Part shown: positions 63,146 to 64,000 of the stretch, piece by piece
How the letters are laid out: the number at the start of each line of letters is the position of its first letter
Numbering within the stretch: position 1 is the first letter of the stretch
DNA from: the human T2T-CHM13v2.0 reference genome, Homo sapiens
NCBI RefSeq assembly: GCF_009914755.1
Contig: NC_060926.1
DNA: 64,000 nt
Strand: one strand, 5' to 3'
Notes under the pieces: model-generated
The model's input: the letters and a program-made list of their open reading frames with translations, nothing else
What the model was told of the DNA's origin: nothing
The model's database searches: none
Translations under genes and position numbers: made by a program

Positions 63146-64000
63146 CCTTATATAGACAATTTACTGGAACGAACTTTTATGTGGTCACATTACATCTCTC
63201 CACCTCTTGCACTGTTGTCTTGTTTCACTGATCTTAGCTTTAAACACAAGAGAAGTCTTTAAAAAGCCTGCATTGTGTATTAAACACCAGGTAATATGTG
63301 CAAAACCGAGGGCTCCAGTAACACCTTCTAACCTGTGAATTGGCAGAAAAGGGTAGCGGTATCATGTATATTAAAATTGGCTAATATTAAGTTATTGCAG
63401 ATACCACATTCATTATGCTGCAGTACTGTACATATTTTTCTTAGAAATTAGCTATTTGTGCATATCAGTATTTGTAACTTTAACACATTGTTATGTGAGA
63501 AATGTTACTGGGGAAATAGATCAGCCACTTTTAAGGTGCTGTCATATATCTTGGAATGAATGACCTAAAATCATTTTAACCATTGCTACTGGAAAGTAAC
63601 AGAGTCAAAATTGGAAGGTTTTATTCATTCTTGAATTTTTCCTTTCTAAAGAGCTCTTCTATTTATACATGCCTAAATTCTTTTAAAATGTAGAGGGATA
63701 CCTGTCTGCATAATAAAGCTGATCATGTTTTGCTACAGTTTGCAGGTGAAAAAAAATAAATATTATAAAATATGCTATTGTTTTTGTGTTCTTGCTGCAA
63801 TGCCTTTACCAAAGTGGCCTTAAATATGAGTAGTGAATTGAGAACATCTTGAATTCTTAAAAGACTTCTTAGTGACTTTTTATAAAAAGGCCATGTAGAA
63901 AATTTATTAAAACTACTATGACTGCTACATTCAGGAATATGCCAGTGGTAAAGCATTTAAATGTAGCTTGTCAGATTTACCATAATCCTACTAATTTCTT
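63146..64000 (+). other. AGFG1: AGFG1 3'UTR (may continue beyond window)
   Basis: Follows the TAG directly; AT-rich, no recognisable repeat. Confidence 0.88.
63712..63795 (+). terminator. Candidate proximal polyadenylation signals
   Basis: AATAAA at 63712-63717 and 63755-63760, followed by GU/U-rich ttgtttttgtgttcttg at about 63778-63794. Confidence 0.6.

Overview
This is primate (most likely human) genomic DNA containing most of the AGFG1 gene (HRB/RIP/RAB; ArfGAP with FG repeats 1) on the + strand. It runs from exon 2 (199) to the stop codon in the last exon (63145), plus the start of the 3'UTR; exon 1 lies upstream of the window. Twelve GT-AG exons splice in frame to a product ending ...STNPFL*, with FG dipeptides and four NPF motifs. 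There are also two in-frame cassette exons (72 nt at 40776-40847 and 48 nt at 58707-58754) and a 6-nt tandem acceptor at exon 12. The introns hold about 30 Alus, old L1M/L2/MIR/DNA-transposon relics, and one full-length, disrupted L1PA (about 48851-55274, antisense) with a nested Alu. Most ORFs in the supplied track are Alu/L1-derived or spurious. I found no evidence of a wholly new gene system. The best leads are: (i) the L1 antisense promoter/ORF0 region pointing into the last AGFG1 exons; (ii) a predicted 165-aa ORF on the exon 2-5 circle; (iii) three non-tandem local duplications suggesting templated insertions; (iv) a candidate unannotated microexon at 37354; (v) a regenerated 5' splice site at exon 4; and (vi) an unidentified GC-richer block at about 8.3-9.2 kb. 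Repeat boundaries and subfamily names were assigned by eye and are approximate.
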